Source: Arsukibacterium sp. (GTDB taxonomy: Bacteria > Pseudomonadota > Gammaproteobacteria > Enterobacterales > Alteromonadaceae). Taken from it: DNA of 64,000 nucleotides. Below are positions 50,466 through 62,553 of this stretch, piece after piece. The stretch lies in assembly GCF_036735525.1 (NCBI RefSeq), contig NZ_DAINOE010000006.1:1073-65072 (forward strand). Reading direction: 5' to 3'. The position numbers and the translations under genes are program-made. How positions within the stretch are numbered: position 1 is the first letter of the stretch; the number at the start of each line of letters is the position of its first letter. Below the pieces are notes generated by a model that worked only from the letters and a program-made list of their open reading frames with translations, made no database searches and had not been told where the DNA came from.

Positions 50466-53285
50466 TTGTATAAAGAGATGATTAAACGCATTTTCATTTT
50501 TCTGCTGGGCATTTTTCTGGCCATGCCGATATGGGCCGGTAGCGCATTACCTAATCCTTTGCGGGTGGTATTAAGTAATGATACCTTTCCTTATATGTTT
50601 GTTAATGAGCAAGGGCAACTGGATGGCTTGCTGGTAGACTATTGGCGCGAAATCGCTGAGCTACAACAGATAGAAGTGCAATTTTATGCCGCAGACTGGC
50701 CAGACACGCTGCAACTGCTGGATCAGCAACTGGTTCATGTTCATGGTGGCATGGCCCGCACCGAAGAACGTGAACAACGTTATCAGCTAGCCGATACTCA
50801 CATTACTATTTACAGTAATATTTATGTACATCGAGACATGCCACATATTGGCACTTTAGATGCATTGCAACCCTATCTTGTGGGCGTAGTTGCCGATTCC
50901 AGTCATGTTGATACTTTGCAACGGTTACTGCCTCACCTGGTTTTGCGTTCTTACCCAACAGTCACTCAGATGTTCGATGCCGCATTACAGGGGCAGTTAC
51001 GACTTTTTGCCGGGCTGGACCGGTTGCCGCCACGATATGAGCATTACCAGGCATTGTCGAGGCAATTTCCGCTTTATAAAAAAATGCCATTACAACGGAT
51101 TGAGTTGGTCTTCGCGGTAGAGGAAACATCGGACATTTTTGTGGCCTTACAACAGGCTGTTGAGGCACTCCCGCGCTCAGTGATCGATACTTTAGAGCGG
51201 AAATGGTTAGGTATGGAGACCGAAGATGGCACTCTGCTACTTGGCTTATCGGTAGGAAACCAGCCATATATGCAAGTATCACAGCAGGGAGAAGCGCAAG
51301 GCTTGCTGGTGGATTTATGGCGGCTTTGGTCTGACACTACCGGTGTGAAAATTGCGTTTGTACCTGATACTTCGATTAATAGTCTGGATAATCTGGGCAA
51401 GCGTCGTTTAGATGCTCACATTGGGGTACCGGCACAACCTCATCTTATTTTCAAACAAGCTTATCCTATTTACAGCATTAGCTCAGTGCTCTATTACCCA
51501 AGAGAACAACAGCTGCAACACATATCTGAGCTTAAGGGTAAGAAAGTCGCCTTATATTTTACTGCCGGTTATCGTCAGCAATTAGAGCAGCAGTATCCTG
51601 ACATTAACTTTGTTAGTTTTCATACTTTGGATGAAATTTTAAAAGCGCTGTTTGCCGGTGAAGTAGACGGTTTTTATGGTTCTGAAGTAGTGGTGCCGGA
51701 GCGGCTTAAACAACGAGATCTTTATGATCATTTTCAGGCACTGAATAGCAGCCGTATTCGTTCTCCTTTATATGTGTTAGTGCACCCTGATGATGATGAA
51801 CTGGCCGAAAAGATTACGCAGGGCTTTGAACAAATTTCGCCTGAAACTTTGGCTGCGGTGGAAGAGTATTGGATTAGTCAGGCTGAGCAACGTTATTTCA
51901 GCCAAGCCACAAAACTGATTAATTTGACCATAGAGCAACAACACTGGCTGCGTGATAACGAACCCTTTCGTGTCGGGGTAATGACCAATTGGCCACCGAT
52001 GGAGTTTTTGGATGAGCAAGGCAATGCGGTGGGTTTGACCAGTGACATTCTGCAGCTTTTATCTGAACGTTTGGGGATTAAATTTCAATTAGTGCCTTAT
52101 GATAACCTGGATCTTATCTGGCAGCATATTGCTGAGCGAAAATTGGACATGGTCGCTAACGTGACACCTTTGCAGGACAGGCTGCAATTTGCAAGCTTCA
52201 CCGAAGTCTTTTGGACGGTGCAGTGGGCAGCCATAGGGCTTTTACAAAATGAGGTCATGAGTCGTGCTGCTCAGCTTAAAGGGAAGCGATTAGCGATATT
52301 AAGTGATTACCAACTTGCCAATGATTTACCCTTGTTGTTGCCCGATAGCCCGTTAATTCAGATTAAGGATGTATCAGATGGCTTGCGCTTATTGCAAGAC
52401 CAAGAAGTAGATTATGTTATTGACTCTGTGGAATCCGCCAGTCGATTAATGCGACAAGCGTCATCGGTCAATTTTCGAATTCAATTACTGGAGGATTTAC
52501 CGGATTACCCTTCTTTAGTGGCGGTGCGTAATGATTATGAGCCGCTGGTGTCCATTTTAAATAAGGGGTTACAAACTATAGGCCAGCAAGAGCGGCAGCA
52601 ACTTAACCAACGCTGGTTTAATATTGAAATTACTCAGGGTATGAATAGTGCCCGGGTACAGCAATTGATCTGGCAGGTATCGGCAGTGGCCTTGTTGCTA
52701 ATTAGCCTGTTTGTGATTTGGAATGTGTTTCTACGCCGTGAGGTGGCGTTGCGTCGAGCGGCAGAGCATAAAATGCGGCAAATGGCGACCCATGATGATT
52801 TAACCTCCTTACCTAATCGTAGCTTGTTGCGAGAGCGCTTAGAGCAAGCCTTGCTGCAGCATAGCCGGCACAATGAAATTATGGCGTTAGTCTTTATTGA
52901 TTTAGATGGCTTTAAGCAGGTTAATGATGAGTACGGACATGATGCTGGTGATGAGTTGCTGCTCAGAGTGGCAGCGGTGCTCAGGCACTGTATTCGTAAA
53001 AGTGATACCGCTGCACGTTTTGGTGGCGATGAGTTTGTAGTATTACTGACTTCACTATTAAATGCGGATGACGCGGCCATAGTAGCAGAAAAAATTCTGA
53101 CACAATTAAAGCAACCTATTCAGCTGTCGGTCGGCACAGTGACATTAGGCGCCAGTATGGGTATTGCGGTTTATCCACAGGATGGCACTGATGCCGCCAG
53201 CTTGATGCGTCAGGCAGATCTGCTGATGTATCAGGCGAAACAGCGAGGTAAAAATCATTACTGCTTTAATCAGCAGCAGTTTTAA
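50466..53285 (+). CDS. diguanylate cyclase with two periplasmic SBP_3-like domains, one TM helix and a GGDEF domain with I-site
   Basis: Signal peptide and two SBP-like modules. TM helix VSAVALLLISLFVIWNVF. RKSD-N5-GGDEF (RxxD I-site plus active-site GGDEF). The start is either the TTG at 50466 or the ATG at 50478. Confidence 0.88.
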   Translation: MYKEMIKRIFIFLLGIFLAMPIWAGSALPNPLRVVLSNDTFPYMFVNEQGQLDGLLVDYWREIAELQQIEVQFYAADWPDTLQLLDQQLVHVHGGMARTEEREQRYQLADTHITIYSNIYVHRDMPHIGTLDALQPYLVGVVADSSHVDTLQRLLPHLVLRSYPTVTQMFDAALQGQLRLFAGLDRLPPRYEHYQALSRQFPLYKKMPLQRIELVFAVEETSDIFVALQQAVEALPRSVIDTLERKWLGMETEDGTLLLGLSVGNQPYMQVSQQGEAQGLLVDLWRLWSDTTGVKIAFVPDTSINSLDNLGKRRLDAHIGVPAQPHLIFKQAYPIYSISSVLYYPREQQLQHISELKGKKVALYFTAGYRQQLEQQYPDINFVSFHTLDEILKALFAGEVDGFYGSEVVVPERLKQRDLYDHFQALNSSRIRSPLYVLVHPDDDELAEKITQGFEQISPETLAAVEEYWISQAEQRYFSQATKLINLTIEQQHWLRDNEPFRVGVMTNWPPMEFLDEQGNAVGLTSDILQLLSERLGIKFQLVPYDNLDLIWQHIAERKLDMVANVTPLQDRLQFASFTEVFWTVQWAAIGLLQNEVMSRAAQLKGKRLAILSDYQLANDLPLLLPDSPLIQIKDVSDGLRLLQDQEVDYVIDSVESASRLMRQASSVNFRIQLLEDLPDYPSLVAVRNDYEPLVSILNKGLQTIGQQERQQLNQRWFNIEITQGMNSARVQQLIWQVSAVALLLISLFVIWNVFLRREVALRRAAEHKMRQMATHDDLTSLPNRSLLRERLEQALLQHSRHNEIMALVFIDLDGFKQVNDEYGHDAGDELLLRVAAVLRHCIRKSDTAARFGGDEFVVLLTSLLNADDAAIVAEKILTQLKQPIQLSVGTVTLGASMGIAVYPQDGTDAASLMRQADLLMYQAKQRGKNHYCFNQQQF

Positions 53286-53371
53286 TGTCTGGGCAGTGAC
53301 TTTAGTACTCTTTCCTATATAATCAGCCGTTATTTCAGTACTGCTAAGCAGCAAGGTAGAGGAAAGGTTTA

Positions 53372-55150
53372 ATGCGTAGCCATTATTGTGGTTTATTAAG
53401 CAGCGCTCAGGTAGGGCAACAGGTCTCGTTGTGTGGTTGGGTCAATCGTCGTCGCGATCTCGGCGGGTTAATATTTCTTGATTTACGTGACCGGGAAGGC
53501 CTGGTGCAAGTTGTCTGTGATCCTGATTTATCAGAATTATTCGATATTGCTTATACCTTGCGTAATGAATACTGTGTACAGCTAAGTGGCGAGGTGCGGG
53601 CACGGCCAGCGTCGCAAGTTAATGCAGACATGGCTACTGGCGAAGTAGAGGTTTATGCATCATCCTTACACATTCTGAATAAATCTGCCCCGACGCCACT
53701 GGATTTTAATCATGAAAACAGTGAAGAGCAGCGTTTAAAATACCGCTACCTTGATTTACGCCGGCCGCTGATGAGTGATCGGTTAAAGTTTCGGGCGAAA
53801 GTCACCAGTTTTGTCCGTAATTTCATGGACTCAAACGGCTTTTTAGATATAGAAACGCCTATTCTGACCAAGGCGACCCCGGAAGGCGCCCGTGATTATC
53901 TGGTGCCCAGCCGAACGCATAAAGGCCAGTTTTTTGCACTGCCGCAATCACCACAGTTATTTAAACAACTGCTGATGATGTCGGGCTTGGATCGCTATTA
54001 CCAAATTGTAAAATGCTTTCGCGATGAAGACTTGCGGGCCGATCGTCAGCCTGAGTTTACCCAGATTGATATTGAAACCTCTTTTATGACCGCTGAGCAG
54101 GTGATGGCAGTCACTGAACAGATGGTGCAACAGCTGTTTAAAACATTACTGGGTGTGGACCTTGGGCAAATGCCGAGGATGCCATATTTTGAAGCGATGC
54201 GTTTATATGGCTCAGACAAGCCGGATTTACGTAACCCCATGCAGTTTGTTGATGTAGCGGATTTACTGAAAGACGTTGAATTTAAAGTATTCTCCGGCCC
54301 GGCCAACGATGCTAAAGGTCGCGTAGTGGCGCTGAAAGTACCGGGTGCAGCGGACAAAGTATCACGTAAAGATATTGACACTTACACCAGCTTTGTTGGC
54401 ATTTATGGCGCTAAAGGCTTAGCCTGGATGAAAGTAAATGATGTGACTGCCGGTGCTGAGGGTGTGCAATCACCAGTAGCCAAGTTTTTAACGCCAGATA
54501 TCATTACGGCCATTATTGCCCGTACTGAAGCCAGTAACGGCGATTTGATCTTTTTTGGTGCTGACAGCTATAAAGTCGTGTGCGAAGCCATGGGTGCTCT
54601 GCGCTTAAAACTGGGCGAGGATTTAGCGATCACTCAAGCTGGTTGGAAACCGCTGTGGGTAGTTGACTTCCCGATGTTTGAAGAAACCGACGATGGCAGT
54701 TATGCCGCTGTGCATCACCCTTTTACTTCACCGTTAGATCCAGAGACCTTCTTAGCTACGGCAAATAATGAACTTGAACTGGGTACTTTATTATCAAATG
54801 CCTATGACATGGTATTAAATGGTACTGAGTTAGGCGGTGGATCGGTGCGTATTCACAATAGTCAGCTGCAGGCTAAGGTGTTTACGCTTCTGGGTATCAG
54901 TGATGAAGAAGCTGCTGAAAAGTTTGGATTTTTGCTTGAAGCATTAAAATATGGTGCTCCACCGCATGCCGGTTTGGCCTTTGGCCTGGATCGGTTAGTG
55001 ATGTTAATGACCGGTGCTACCTCAATCCGTGATGTGATGGCATTCCCTAAAACCGCTACAGCCGCTTGTCCGTTGACTGATGCACCGGGAGAAGCTAATC
55101 CGGCACAACTGGCGGAGCTGGGTATTAGTGTTAACGCGAAAGTACAATAA
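53372..55150 (+). CDS. aspS: aspartate--tRNA ligase
   Basis: 592 aa, class II motifs ([34 protein letters not shown]). Confidence 0.97.
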   Translation: MRSHYCGLLSSAQVGQQVSLCGWVNRRRDLGGLIFLDLRDREGLVQVVCDPDLSELFDIAYTLRNEYCVQLSGEVRARPASQVNADMATGEVEVYASSLHILNKSAPTPLDFNHENSEEQRLKYRYLDLRRPLMSDRLKFRAKVTSFVRNFMDSNGFLDIETPILTKATPEGARDYLVPSRTHKGQFFALPQSPQLFKQLLMMSGLDRYYQIVKCFRDEDLRADRQPEFTQIDIETSFMTAEQVMAVTEQMVQQLFKTLLGVDLGQMPRMPYFEAMRLYGSDKPDLRNPMQFVDVADLLKDVEFKVFSGPANDAKGRVVALKVPGAADKVSRKDIDTYTSFVGIYGAKGLAWMKVNDVTAGAEGVQSPVAKFLTPDIITAIIARTEASNGDLIFFGADSYKVVCEAMGALRLKLGEDLAITQAGWKPLWVVDFPMFEETDDGSYAAVHHPFTSPLDPETFLATANNELELGTLLSNAYDMVLNGTELGGGSVRIHNSQLQAKVFTLLGISDEEAAEKFGFLLEALKYGAPPHAGLAFGLDRLVMLMTGATSIRDVMAFPKTATAACPLTDAPGEANPAQLAELGISVNAKVQ

Positions 55151-55195
55151 GCAATACTGTGGCAGCTGCTGGCTGCCACAACAAAGGAGTCACTG

Positions 55196-55939
55196 ATGGC
55201 CGGCCATAGTAAATGGGCGAACATGAAGCATCGCAAAGCCCGTCAGGATGCGAAAAAAAGTAAAATCTTCACCAAAATTATCCGTGAGCTGACGGTTGCC
55301 GCCCGTCAGAATCCGGATGTCAGCATTAATCCACGTTTACGGTTAGCGGTAGATAAAGCGCTGTCCGAAAATATGACGCGCGATACCATAGACCGTGCTA
55401 TTAAGCGTGGTGCCGGTGCTAATGAGGGCGAAAACTACGAAGAGTTGGTCTATGAAGGGTATGGCCCTAATGGCGTAGCCGTGATAGTGGAGACCATGAC
55501 TGATAACCACAAACGCACCGTGGCAGATGTGCGCCATGCATTCACTAAGCATGGCGGTAGTCTGGGCACTTCTGGCTCTGTGGCTTATCTGTTCAGCCGC
55601 CGTGGTGTAATGATGTATGCACCAGGAGTGGATGAAGACGCCTTAATGGAAGCCGCCCTGGAGGCCGGGGCCGAAGATATTGTCATTGAGCAGGATGGCA
55701 GTATTGAAGTGCTGACCAGCGCTGATAGCATTAACGACATAAAAGATGCCCTTACCGGCGCAGGTTTCACGCCGGATAGCAGTGAAGTGACTTTAGTCCC
55801 ATCAACACGGGCCGTCGTGGATGCCGATCATGTAACGGCGTTTTTTAAGCTACTGGATCAGTTGGAAGATTCTGACGACGTGCAAAATGTTTATCACAAT
55901 GCCGAGATCAGTGATGAGCTGATGGCTGAGCACGCTTAA
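55196..55939 (+). CDS. yebC: YebC/PmpR family DNA-binding transcriptional regulator
   Basis: [27 protein letters not shown]... is the family signature. Confidence 0.95.
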   Translation: MAGHSKWANMKHRKARQDAKKSKIFTKIIRELTVAARQNPDVSINPRLRLAVDKALSENMTRDTIDRAIKRGAGANEGENYEELVYEGYGPNGVAVIVETMTDNHKRTVADVRHAFTKHGGSLGTSGSVAYLFSRRGVMMYAPGVDEDALMEAALEAGAEDIVIEQDGSIEVLTSADSINDIKDALTGAGFTPDSSEVTLVPSTRAVVDADHVTAFFKLLDQLEDSDDVQNVYHNAEISDELMAEHA

Positions 55940-55941
55940 CT

Positions 55942-56466
55942 GTGAATGTTATTCTGGGGATTGACCCCGGTAGCCGGTTAACCGGATATGGTGTGGTGCG
56001 ACAGGTAGGCATGAGCTTTCAGTATGTGGCCAGTGGCTGTATCCGCCTTAGTACCACAGATTTACTGCCTGAGCGTTTACTGGATATCTTTAATGGTGTG
56101 ACAGAAATTATCAGCCAAACCCAGCCAACGATATTTGCCATCGAGCAGGTCTTTATGGCACGCAACGCCGATTCTGCATTAAAACTGGGTCAGGCCAGAG
56201 GTGCTGCTATAGTTGCGGCTAAACATGCCGGGCTTGAAGTGTTTGAATATTCAGCCCGGCAAGTAAAACAAGCCGTGGTAGGCAGTGGTGCGGCAGACAA
56301 AGCACAGGTGCAGCATATGGTACGTACCCTGCTGAAACTACCCGCCACCCCCCAGGCTGATGCGGCCGATGCGCTTGCAGTCGCTCTGTGTCATGGGCAT
56401 ACTCAACAAAGTTTAATCAGCCTGGTCGGTCAGGCACGCAAAACCGTGCGTGGCCGCTTACGCTGA
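55942..56466 (+). CDS. ruvC: crossover junction endodeoxyribonuclease RuvC
   Basis: [15 protein letters not shown] and AIEQVFM motifs. GTG start. Confidence 0.95.
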   Translation: MNVILGIDPGSRLTGYGVVRQVGMSFQYVASGCIRLSTTDLLPERLLDIFNGVTEIISQTQPTIFAIEQVFMARNADSALKLGQARGAAIVAAKHAGLEVFEYSARQVKQAVVGSGAADKAQVQHMVRTLLKLPATPQADAADALAVALCHGHTQQSLISLVGQARKTVRGRLR

Positions 56467-56494
56467 TGCCAACCCTCTTATATAAGCAGACGCT

Positions 56495-57115
56495 ATGATT
56501 GGACGATTACGCGGGGTTTTGCTGGAAAAGCAAGCGCCGGATTTACTGCTGGAAGTGGCCGGAGTGGGCTACGAAGTACAAATGCCGCTGACCAGTTTTT
56601 ATCATTTGCCGGCTATTGGCGGCGAAACGGTAATATATACCCACTTTGTCGTGCGTGAAGACGCCCAGCTACTCTATGGCTTTATTAATCCCTCGGAGCG
56701 CGCTTTATTCAGGCAACTGATCAAAGCCAATGGTGTCGGCCCTAAGCTGGCGCTGACTATTTTATCGGGTATGACCGCGCAGCAGTTTGTCCGCTGCGTG
56801 CAGCTGGATGATGTCAGTACTCTGGTTAAACTGCCAGGGGTGGGTAAGAAAACCGCTGAACGGCTGGTGGTTGAAATGCGTGATCGCTTAAAAGACTGGG
56901 GGGGTGCGCCGTCCACACCATTGACTGATGCGTTGCTGATCCAGGGCGATGAAGCGATGTTCAATCTTGAGCAAACGGCAGAGCAAGATGCCAGCAGTGC
57001 GCTGGTGTCATTGGGATATAGCCCGTTGCAGGCAGAGAAAGCGGTTCAAAAGGTAAAGCAGCCCGACATGAGCAGTGAACAGCTGATAAAAGCAGCCCTG
57101 CGGAGTATGATGTAA
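56495..57115 (+). CDS. ruvA: Holliday junction branch migration protein RuvA
   Basis: MIGRLRG..., with HhH motifs ([21 protein letters not shown]). Confidence 0.95.
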   Translation: MIGRLRGVLLEKQAPDLLLEVAGVGYEVQMPLTSFYHLPAIGGETVIYTHFVVREDAQLLYGFINPSERALFRQLIKANGVGPKLALTILSGMTAQQFVRCVQLDDVSTLVKLPGVGKKTAERLVVEMRDRLKDWGGAPSTPLTDALLIQGDEAMFNLEQTAEQDASSALVSLGYSPLQAEKAVQKVKQPDMSSEQLIKAALRSMM

Positions 57116-57118
57116 GCC

Positions 57119-58126
57119 ATGATTGAAGCAGATCGCTTAATACAAAGTAGCGCTACGCGCGATGAAGAAAGTATTGACCGGGCTATCCGGCCGAAAATGC
57201 TGGCCGATTACACCGGGCAGGAGCATGTGTGTCAGCAAATGGCCATTTTTATTGAAGCGGCGCGCGGCCGCGGTGATCCTCTGGATCACTTGCTGATATT
57301 TGGTCCGCCCGGGCTGGGTAAAACCACGCTGGCGATGATTGTCGCTAATGAAATGGGCGTCAATATTAAAACCACTTCAGGGCCAGTATTAGAAAAAGCC
57401 GGTGATTTGGCGGCGTTACTAACCAACCTTGAACCAAACGATGTGCTGTTTATCGATGAAATTCACCGGTTAAGCCCGGTGGTCGAAGAAATTCTATATC
57501 CGGCAATGGAAGATTATCAGCTGGATATCATGATTGGCGAAGGCCCGGCCGCCCGTTCTATCAAGTTGGAATTGCCGCCGTTCACTCTGGTGGGGGCCAC
57601 CACCCGTGCTGGCGCTTTAACCTCACCACTGCGTGACCGCTTTGGCATAGTACAGCGACTGGAGTTTTATAAAGTTACTGAGCTGACTCAAATTATTTTA
57701 CGTTCGGCACATTATCTTAATTTAGTGTTAGATGAAGCCGGTGCCGCAGAAATTGCCCGCCGCTCGCGCGGAACACCACGTATAGCCAACAGATTGCTCA
57801 GGCGGGTGCGCGATTATGCCCAGGTAAAAGCGAATGGCCAGGTCACAGTAGATATTGCTTCACAAGCATTATTGATGGTGGATGTGGATGCCCAAGGTTT
57901 TGATTACATGGATCGAAAACTAATACTAGCCATTATAGAAAAATTTATGGGTGGGCCTGTCGGATTGGATAATCTGGCGGCAGCCATAGGTGAAGAAAAA
58001 GACACCATTGAAGATGTGATAGAGCCTTATTTAATTCAGCAGGGTTTTATTCAGCGTACTCCACGAGGTCGTATCGCTTCGCCCAGGGCATATCAGCATT
58101 TTGGTTTTGATATACCACAGACTTAG
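57119..58126 (+). CDS. ruvB: Holliday junction branch migration DNA helicase RuvB
   Basis: Walker [10 protein letters not shown], Walker [10 protein letters not shown], sensor TTRAG. Confidence 0.97.
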   Translation: MIEADRLIQSSATRDEESIDRAIRPKMLADYTGQEHVCQQMAIFIEAARGRGDPLDHLLIFGPPGLGKTTLAMIVANEMGVNIKTTSGPVLEKAGDLAALLTNLEPNDVLFIDEIHRLSPVVEEILYPAMEDYQLDIMIGEGPAARSIKLELPPFTLVGATTRAGALTSPLRDRFGIVQRLEFYKVTELTQIILRSAHYLNLVLDEAGAAEIARRSRGTPRIANRLLRRVRDYAQVKANGQVTVDIASQALLMVDVDAQGFDYMDRKLILAIIEKFMGGPVGLDNLAAAIGEEKDTIEDVIEPYLIQQGFIQRTPRGRIASPRAYQHFGFDIPQT

Positions 58127-58160
58127 CCGGCAAACTGGTTAATGCGGGCTAAAATTGGCC

Positions 58161-58187
58161 AAAAAAAAGCCCGCTTATTCAGCGGGC
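58161..58187 (-). terminator. intrinsic terminator oriented for a minus-strand transcript (GCCCGC-N7-GCGGGC followed by T8 on the minus strand)
   Basis: On the plus strand the hairpin is preceded by A8 and followed by AAGCAAG, so there is no U-tract. The canonical orientation is therefore minus, opposite to ruvB. Confidence 0.55.
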
Positions 58188-58402
58188 AAGCAAGAAAATG
58201 AAGGAGTGCTTCAAAAATCCAGGGAACATGTTTACAACAACAACGAGTGCCATGTTGATGGTGACTCATTGCCAGGTGATCTTGACTAAACAAGGTAAAA
58301 CTTACCGTGTTTTTGCGCTAGCTCAGAACACTTGAGCATAATAAAGAGTTGGAGTAATTACTTCAAACGAGAAAAATTAGCGCGGAGATATTAGATTTTC
58401 TA
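58161..58402 (-). ncRNA. candidate ~240-nt minus-strand transcript (sRNA or small-peptide mRNA) in the ruvB-ybgC spacer
   Basis: Bounded by a predicted minus-strand promoter (58409..58438) and a minus-strand terminator (58161..58187). No ORF of 60 aa or more on either strand. Purely predictive. Confidence 0.25.
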
Positions 58403-58408
58403 ATGCTA

Positions 58409-58438
58409 ATTAGACTTATTGCGTCATTTAACTGTCAA
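58409..58438 (-). promoter_or_regulatory. candidate sigma70 promoter on the minus strand: TTGACA, 18-nt spacer, TCTAAT
   Basis: Reverse complement of 58433..58438 is TTGACA and of 58409..58414 is TCTAAT. The upstream flank is AT-rich. Confidence 0.35.
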
Positions 58439-58671
58439 ATAGCAATAAACAAACCTGCGTTACACCCTTATTCATGCAGCGTTAAGTTAATTAGTGGAAT
58501 ATGACTCAGATTACTTTTTATTTTGATGACTATTTTTTTGGTGATGTTGAAGACAGCTGCCTTGAAACACAGAGTGAACTTAATCTAGCTCAGTGAGTCT
58601 GTTAGATGTTTTATGGATAAAACAAGTAGGGCAGCAAAAAAAATATAGTCAGCCTTTGGCGGTTTAGCCAA

Positions 58672-58700
58672 TTGAGTTTGTTAACGGGCTTAATTATCAT
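58672..58700 (+). promoter_or_regulatory. candidate promoter for ybgC-tol-pal: TTGAGT, 17-nt spacer, TATCAT
   Basis: Read from the sequence, 18 nt upstream of the ybgC ATG. Confidence 0.3.
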
Positions 58701-58717
58701 ACAACCATAAAGCATGA

Positions 58718-59134
58718 ATGCAGATGTCAAAGACAGATTTTATCCTGCCAGTGCGGGTCTATTATGAAGATACCGACGCCGGAGGCATAGTGTACTATGC
58801 CAACTACCTGAAATTTTTTGAACGCGCGCGCACCGAATGGTTGCGTGCTCTTGGAGTTGAGCAAGACATTCTGTTGGCTGAACAAGTAGGTTTTGTGGTC
58901 ACAGACGTACAAATGAAAAACCATAAAAGTGCTAAATTCAATGAGTTATTGACCGTGTCCAGTCAAATTAGTACTTTAAAGCGTGCCAGTATGATTTTTA
59001 GCCAGCAGATAACCAATGCTGATGGCCAGTTGTTGTGCAGTGCAGAAATTAAAGTGGCCTGTGTTAATCCACAGGCGGGTAACGCCCGGCCGTTGCCGGC
59101 AAACGTATTAGAGGTATTACAGCGTGTCAGGTGA
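58718..59134 (+). CDS. ybgC: tol-pal system-associated acyl-CoA thioesterase
   Basis: 4HBT hotdog motif ([28 protein letters not shown]). Located upstream of tolQ. Confidence 0.9.
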   Translation: MQMSKTDFILPVRVYYEDTDAGGIVYYANYLKFFERARTEWLRALGVEQDILLAEQVGFVVTDVQMKNHKSAKFNELLTVSSQISTLKRASMIFSQQITNADGQLLCSAEIKVACVNPQAGNARPLPANVLEVLQRVR

Positions 59135-59810
59135 AATTTCGATTCTGCATTTATTACTAGAAGCCAGCATTGTGGTGCAGGCAGTAATGTTGATCCTGGT
59201 TGGCATGTCAGTGACCTCCTGGAGCATGATCTTTAAACGCAAAAAAGTGCTGCAGCAAGCCTTGGTTGATGCCAAAAAATTTGAAGATCGTTTTTGGTCT
59301 GGCGTTGACTTATCTAAGTTATATGCTGAAGTGAGTGCCCGCACAGAAGTGAATGGTCTGGAAGCGCTTTTTAAATCAGGGTTTAAAGAATTTGCCCGTA
59401 TGCACAAAAGCAGCCAACGTCAGCCTGCAGCCGTAATGGAAGGCACTCAAAGAGCGATGCGGGTAGGCTTATCACGCGAAGTAGAACGTTTAGAAACCAA
59501 CCTGCCTTTTTTAGCCACTGTAGGTTCTATCAGCCCTTATATCGGTTTATTTGGCACCGTATGGGGTATTATGAATTCTTTTATCGCCTTAGGTGCCGTG
59601 CAACAAGCTACGCTGGCGATGGTGGCACCGGGTATCGCTGAAGCCCTTATTGCTACCGCCATTGGTTTATTTGCGGCTATCCCTGCGGTCATCGCTTACA
59701 ACAAGTTTTCACATCAGGTAGAGCTGTTAGAAAGCAGCTATGTGAATTTTGTTGAAGAATTTGCCAACATCCTGCATCGCCAGACTGTAAGCAGTGGAGA
59801 TCAGGGCTAA
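59124..59810 (+). CDS. tolQ: Tol-Pal system protein TolQ
   Basis: MotA/TolQ/ExbB motifs ([21 protein letters not shown]). GTG start overlapping the ybgC stop. Confidence 0.95.
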   Translation: MSGEISILHLLLEASIVVQAVMLILVGMSVTSWSMIFKRKKVLQQALVDAKKFEDRFWSGVDLSKLYAEVSARTEVNGLEALFKSGFKEFARMHKSSQRQPAAVMEGTQRAMRVGLSREVERLETNLPFLATVGSISPYIGLFGTVWGIMNSFIALGAVQQATLAMVAPGIAEALIATAIGLFAAIPAVIAYNKFSHQVELLESSYVNFVEEFANILHRQTVSSGDQG

Positions 59811-60235
59811 TGTACGCTCGGAAAAAACGGCGGATGATGGCCGAGATTAACGTGGTGCCTTACATCGACGTGATGTTAGTGCTATTGGTTATTTTTATGG
59901 TCACCACGCCCCTGATTACGCAGGGGGTTAAAGTTGAGTTACCTAAATCTGCCGCTGAGCCGATTGAACAGATGACCGAAGGTAAAACACCTTTAGTGGC
60001 CACTGTAGATGAAGCCGGTCTGTATTACTTTGAAAAAGACGGTGTTCAACAAGGGCCTTTTAATGCTCAGCAGTTGCAAGTTGAAGTGGCCAGCTGGCTG
60101 ACGATAGAGCCGGGTACCCAGGTGATCGTTAAAGGCGATGGCCGGGTAGACTATAACTCGGTGATTAGGCTTATTAATGTGTTAAAGCAAGCTGGGGCAT
60201 CGGCAGTAGGCTTGATGACCGACAATGAAGTTTAA
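59810..60235 (+). CDS. tolR: Tol-Pal system protein TolR
   Basis: EINVVPYIDVMLVLLVIFMV (contains the essential Asp). TAATG overlap with tolQ. Confidence 0.95.
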   Translation: MYARKKRRMMAEINVVPYIDVMLVLLVIFMVTTPLITQGVKVELPKSAAEPIEQMTEGKTPLVATVDEAGLYYFEKDGVQQGPFNAQQLQVEVASWLTIEPGTQVIVKGDGRVDYNSVIRLINVLKQAGASAVGLMTDNEV

Positions 60236-61166
60236 ACAAATGCAGCACTGGTTATTATCCTCCTGGAGTAAGTCGGTTGCACTGCACCTGGCGTTGGTAC
60301 TGGGTTTAGTCATTGGTGGCTTAAATTTTGCGCCGAAACGGCTGGAAATCAGCCTGGACTCGGATGGCATGAGTGCTCCCGCCGCGCCGGCTGCGCCAAT
60401 TGAGGCGGTGGCCGTTGATCGCCAGGTGTTGGAGCAGCGTGTTGCTGAAATTCAACAGCAACGTGAGGCTGCCCGGCAAGCGGAAGAGCAGCGTATTCGT
60501 GATTTAGAGCGGCGGGCGCGACAGGCTGAACAAGCGCGGACCACAGAGGAACAGCGATTACGTCGCGTTGCGGAAGAAAAACGTCAGGCAGATGCCGCAG
60601 CACAAGTGGCCAGAAAAGCGGCCGCAGATGCCAAAAAACAGCAGGAAGTAGAGCAACAGCGGGCCAAAGAAGCGGAACAGCAGCGCCAGGCGCGTGAACG
60701 CGAGAGACAACAAGCTGAAGCTGCGGCTAAAGCGGCGGCTGAGCAGAAAAAAGCAGAGCAGGAAGCCCTGGCCCGGGCACAGGCTGAACGCGAGCGTCAG
60801 GCACAGCGCGAAGCGCAGGAGCGGGCGATGCAAGAGCAGATGGCGGCAGAAGCCGAAGCCCGGCGGCGGGCACGCTCTCAGCAAACCTTAACCGAAGTGC
60901 AACGTTATACGGCGATGATCTCTGATACTATACGCCGTAACTTGTTAACCGATGAGCGCACCATGCGTGGCCGTACCTGCCGTATCAATGTCCGGTTGGC
61001 CACCTCAGGTTTTGTCACTCAGGTCAGTGTAGTAAGCGGTGATCAAGTGGTATGTGATGCGGCGGTCAGAGCCGTAAACCGCGCTGGAACTTTACCGGTA
61101 TCCTCGGATCCGGATGTGTATAACCAATTAAAGGATATCACCTTAACGGTGGCTCCCGAGTTTTAA
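60225..61166 (+). CDS. tolA: Tol-Pal system protein TolA
   Basis: N-terminal TM helix, a long A/E/K/Q/R-rich helical domain II, and a TolA C-terminal domain. Confidence 0.9.
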   Translation: MKFKQMQHWLLSSWSKSVALHLALVLGLVIGGLNFAPKRLEISLDSDGMSAPAAPAAPIEAVAVDRQVLEQRVAEIQQQREAARQAEEQRIRDLERRARQAEQARTTEEQRLRRVAEEKRQADAAAQVARKAAADAKKQQEVEQQRAKEAEQQRQARERERQQAEAAAKAAAEQKKAEQEALARAQAERERQAQREAQERAMQEQMAAEAEARRRARSQQTLTEVQRYTAMISDTIRRNLLTDERTMRGRTCRINVRLATSGFVTQVSVVSGDQVVCDAAVRAVNRAGTLPVSSDPDVYNQLKDITLTVAPEF

Positions 61167-61168
61167 TT

Positions 61169-62515
61169 ATGATGAAATTACTACGAAATATCTCTTTAGG
61201 CTGGCTGTTGCTGTGTTCAGCACTGGCACAGGCATCGCTGGAAATTGTCATCACAGAGGGTATTGATTCAGCGCGTCCAATCGCTATTTTACCTTTTACT
61301 TTTAATGGCACGACGCAGCCAAGCGAACGTTTGTCTGAAATTATTGCTGCGGATTTAATGCGCAGTGGCCAGTTTAGTCCGCTGCCCGGTATTAAAATGC
61401 CACAACGGCCGACTAAAGCATCTGAGATTAATTTTGCCGCCTGGGCCCGTGAAGGGGTTGAGGCTATTGTTATTGGCCAGATTAACGAAATAGGTATTGA
61501 CCGTTACACTGTTAGTTTTGAATTAATTGATGTGTTGAAAGGTAACGCAGGCATTAATACCCAGATGTTAAATGCCGGACAGTTAGTGGTCAGCAATCAG
61601 CATATTCTGGATGCGCGCGAAACGACAATTAACGGTGGCCAGTTCCGTCAGTATGCTCACCGTATTAGTGATATAGTGTATGAAAAACTCACCGGCGTAC
61701 GGGGTGCTTTTTTAACTAAAATTGCATATGTACTGGTGCGCGATAATCATGAATTTCCGTTTCAGTTAATTGTTGCTGATTATGATGGCGCCAACGAGCA
61801 GGTGCTGTTGCGCTCGAAAGAGCCACTGATGTCGCCCAGTTGGTCTCCTGATGGCACCAAACTGGCGTATGTCACCTTTGAAAAACGTCAGGCACAAATT
61901 TATATTCAGGATATTTACACGGGGCGTCGTACTATTATCAGTTCCACGCCGGGCATCAATGGTGCACCTAGCTGGTCGCCTGATGGCCGTAAAATGGCCA
62001 TGGTGTTATCTAAAGATGGCAATCCGGAAATCTATGTGATGGACATTGCCAGTAAAGCCCTGACCCGAATTACCAATCACAGGGCAATTGATACGGAGCC
62101 TGCCTGGTCACCGGATGGAAAGCAGCTGGTGTTCAGTTCTGAGCGCGGTGGTAATCCACAACTATATAGCATAGATTTAGCAACAGGTACAACCCGACGC
62201 CTGACCTTTGAAGGTGATATGAATCTGGCAGGGACTTTCACGCCGGATGGTCAGTCGTTGGTGATGGTAAATCGTACAAGAGGTCAGTATCATATCGCCA
62301 GAATGGATCGTCAAAGCCGCTTTTTGCAGGTGTTGACACGCACAGATCTGGACGAATCGCCAAGCATAGCGCCGAATGGCTCTATGATTATTTACAGCAC
62401 CATGCACGGTCAATCGCAGGTGTTGGCACTAGTTTCTATGGATGGTCGTTTTAAAGCCAGGCTACCGGCGGCGGAAGGACAGGTGAAATCGCCGGCCTGG
62501 TCACCCTTTTTATAA
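61169..62515 (+). CDS. tolB: Tol-Pal system beta-propeller protein TolB
   Basis: Signal peptide, TolB N-domain, and repeated SPDG PD40 blades. Confidence 0.97.
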   Translation: MMKLLRNISLGWLLLCSALAQASLEIVITEGIDSARPIAILPFTFNGTTQPSERLSEIIAADLMRSGQFSPLPGIKMPQRPTKASEINFAAWAREGVEAIVIGQINEIGIDRYTVSFELIDVLKGNAGINTQMLNAGQLVVSNQHILDARETTINGGQFRQYAHRISDIVYEKLTGVRGAFLTKIAYVLVRDNHEFPFQLIVADYDGANEQVLLRSKEPLMSPSWSPDGTKLAYVTFEKRQAQIYIQDIYTGRRTIISSTPGINGAPSWSPDGRKMAMVLSKDGNPEIYVMDIASKALTRITNHRAIDTEPAWSPDGKQLVFSSERGGNPQLYSIDLATGTTRRLTFEGDMNLAGTFTPDGQSLVMVNRTRGQYHIARMDRQSRFLQVLTRTDLDESPSIAPNGSMIIYSTMHGQSQVLALVSMDGRFKARLPAAEGQVKSPAWSPFL

Positions 62516-62553
62516 AACACAACTCGGTTAAAAATTAAACTAAGGACAACAAC

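Noticed and set aside
58501-58596. 31-codon plus-strand ORF MTQITFYFDDYFFGDVEDSCLETQSELNLAQ, and a 45-codon ORF at 58198..58335.
   Set aside because: Neither has a properly spaced Shine-Dalgarno. AAGGAG at 58201 is 22 nt from the next ATG. Neither has motifs. The region is kept only as part of the spacer finding.
60349-60891. ORFs of 65-108 aa overlapping tolA on both strands.
   Set aside because: They are produced by the low-complexity GCN/GAR/CAG repeat coding for TolA domain II. Their compositions (poly-L/F/R) are artefactual.
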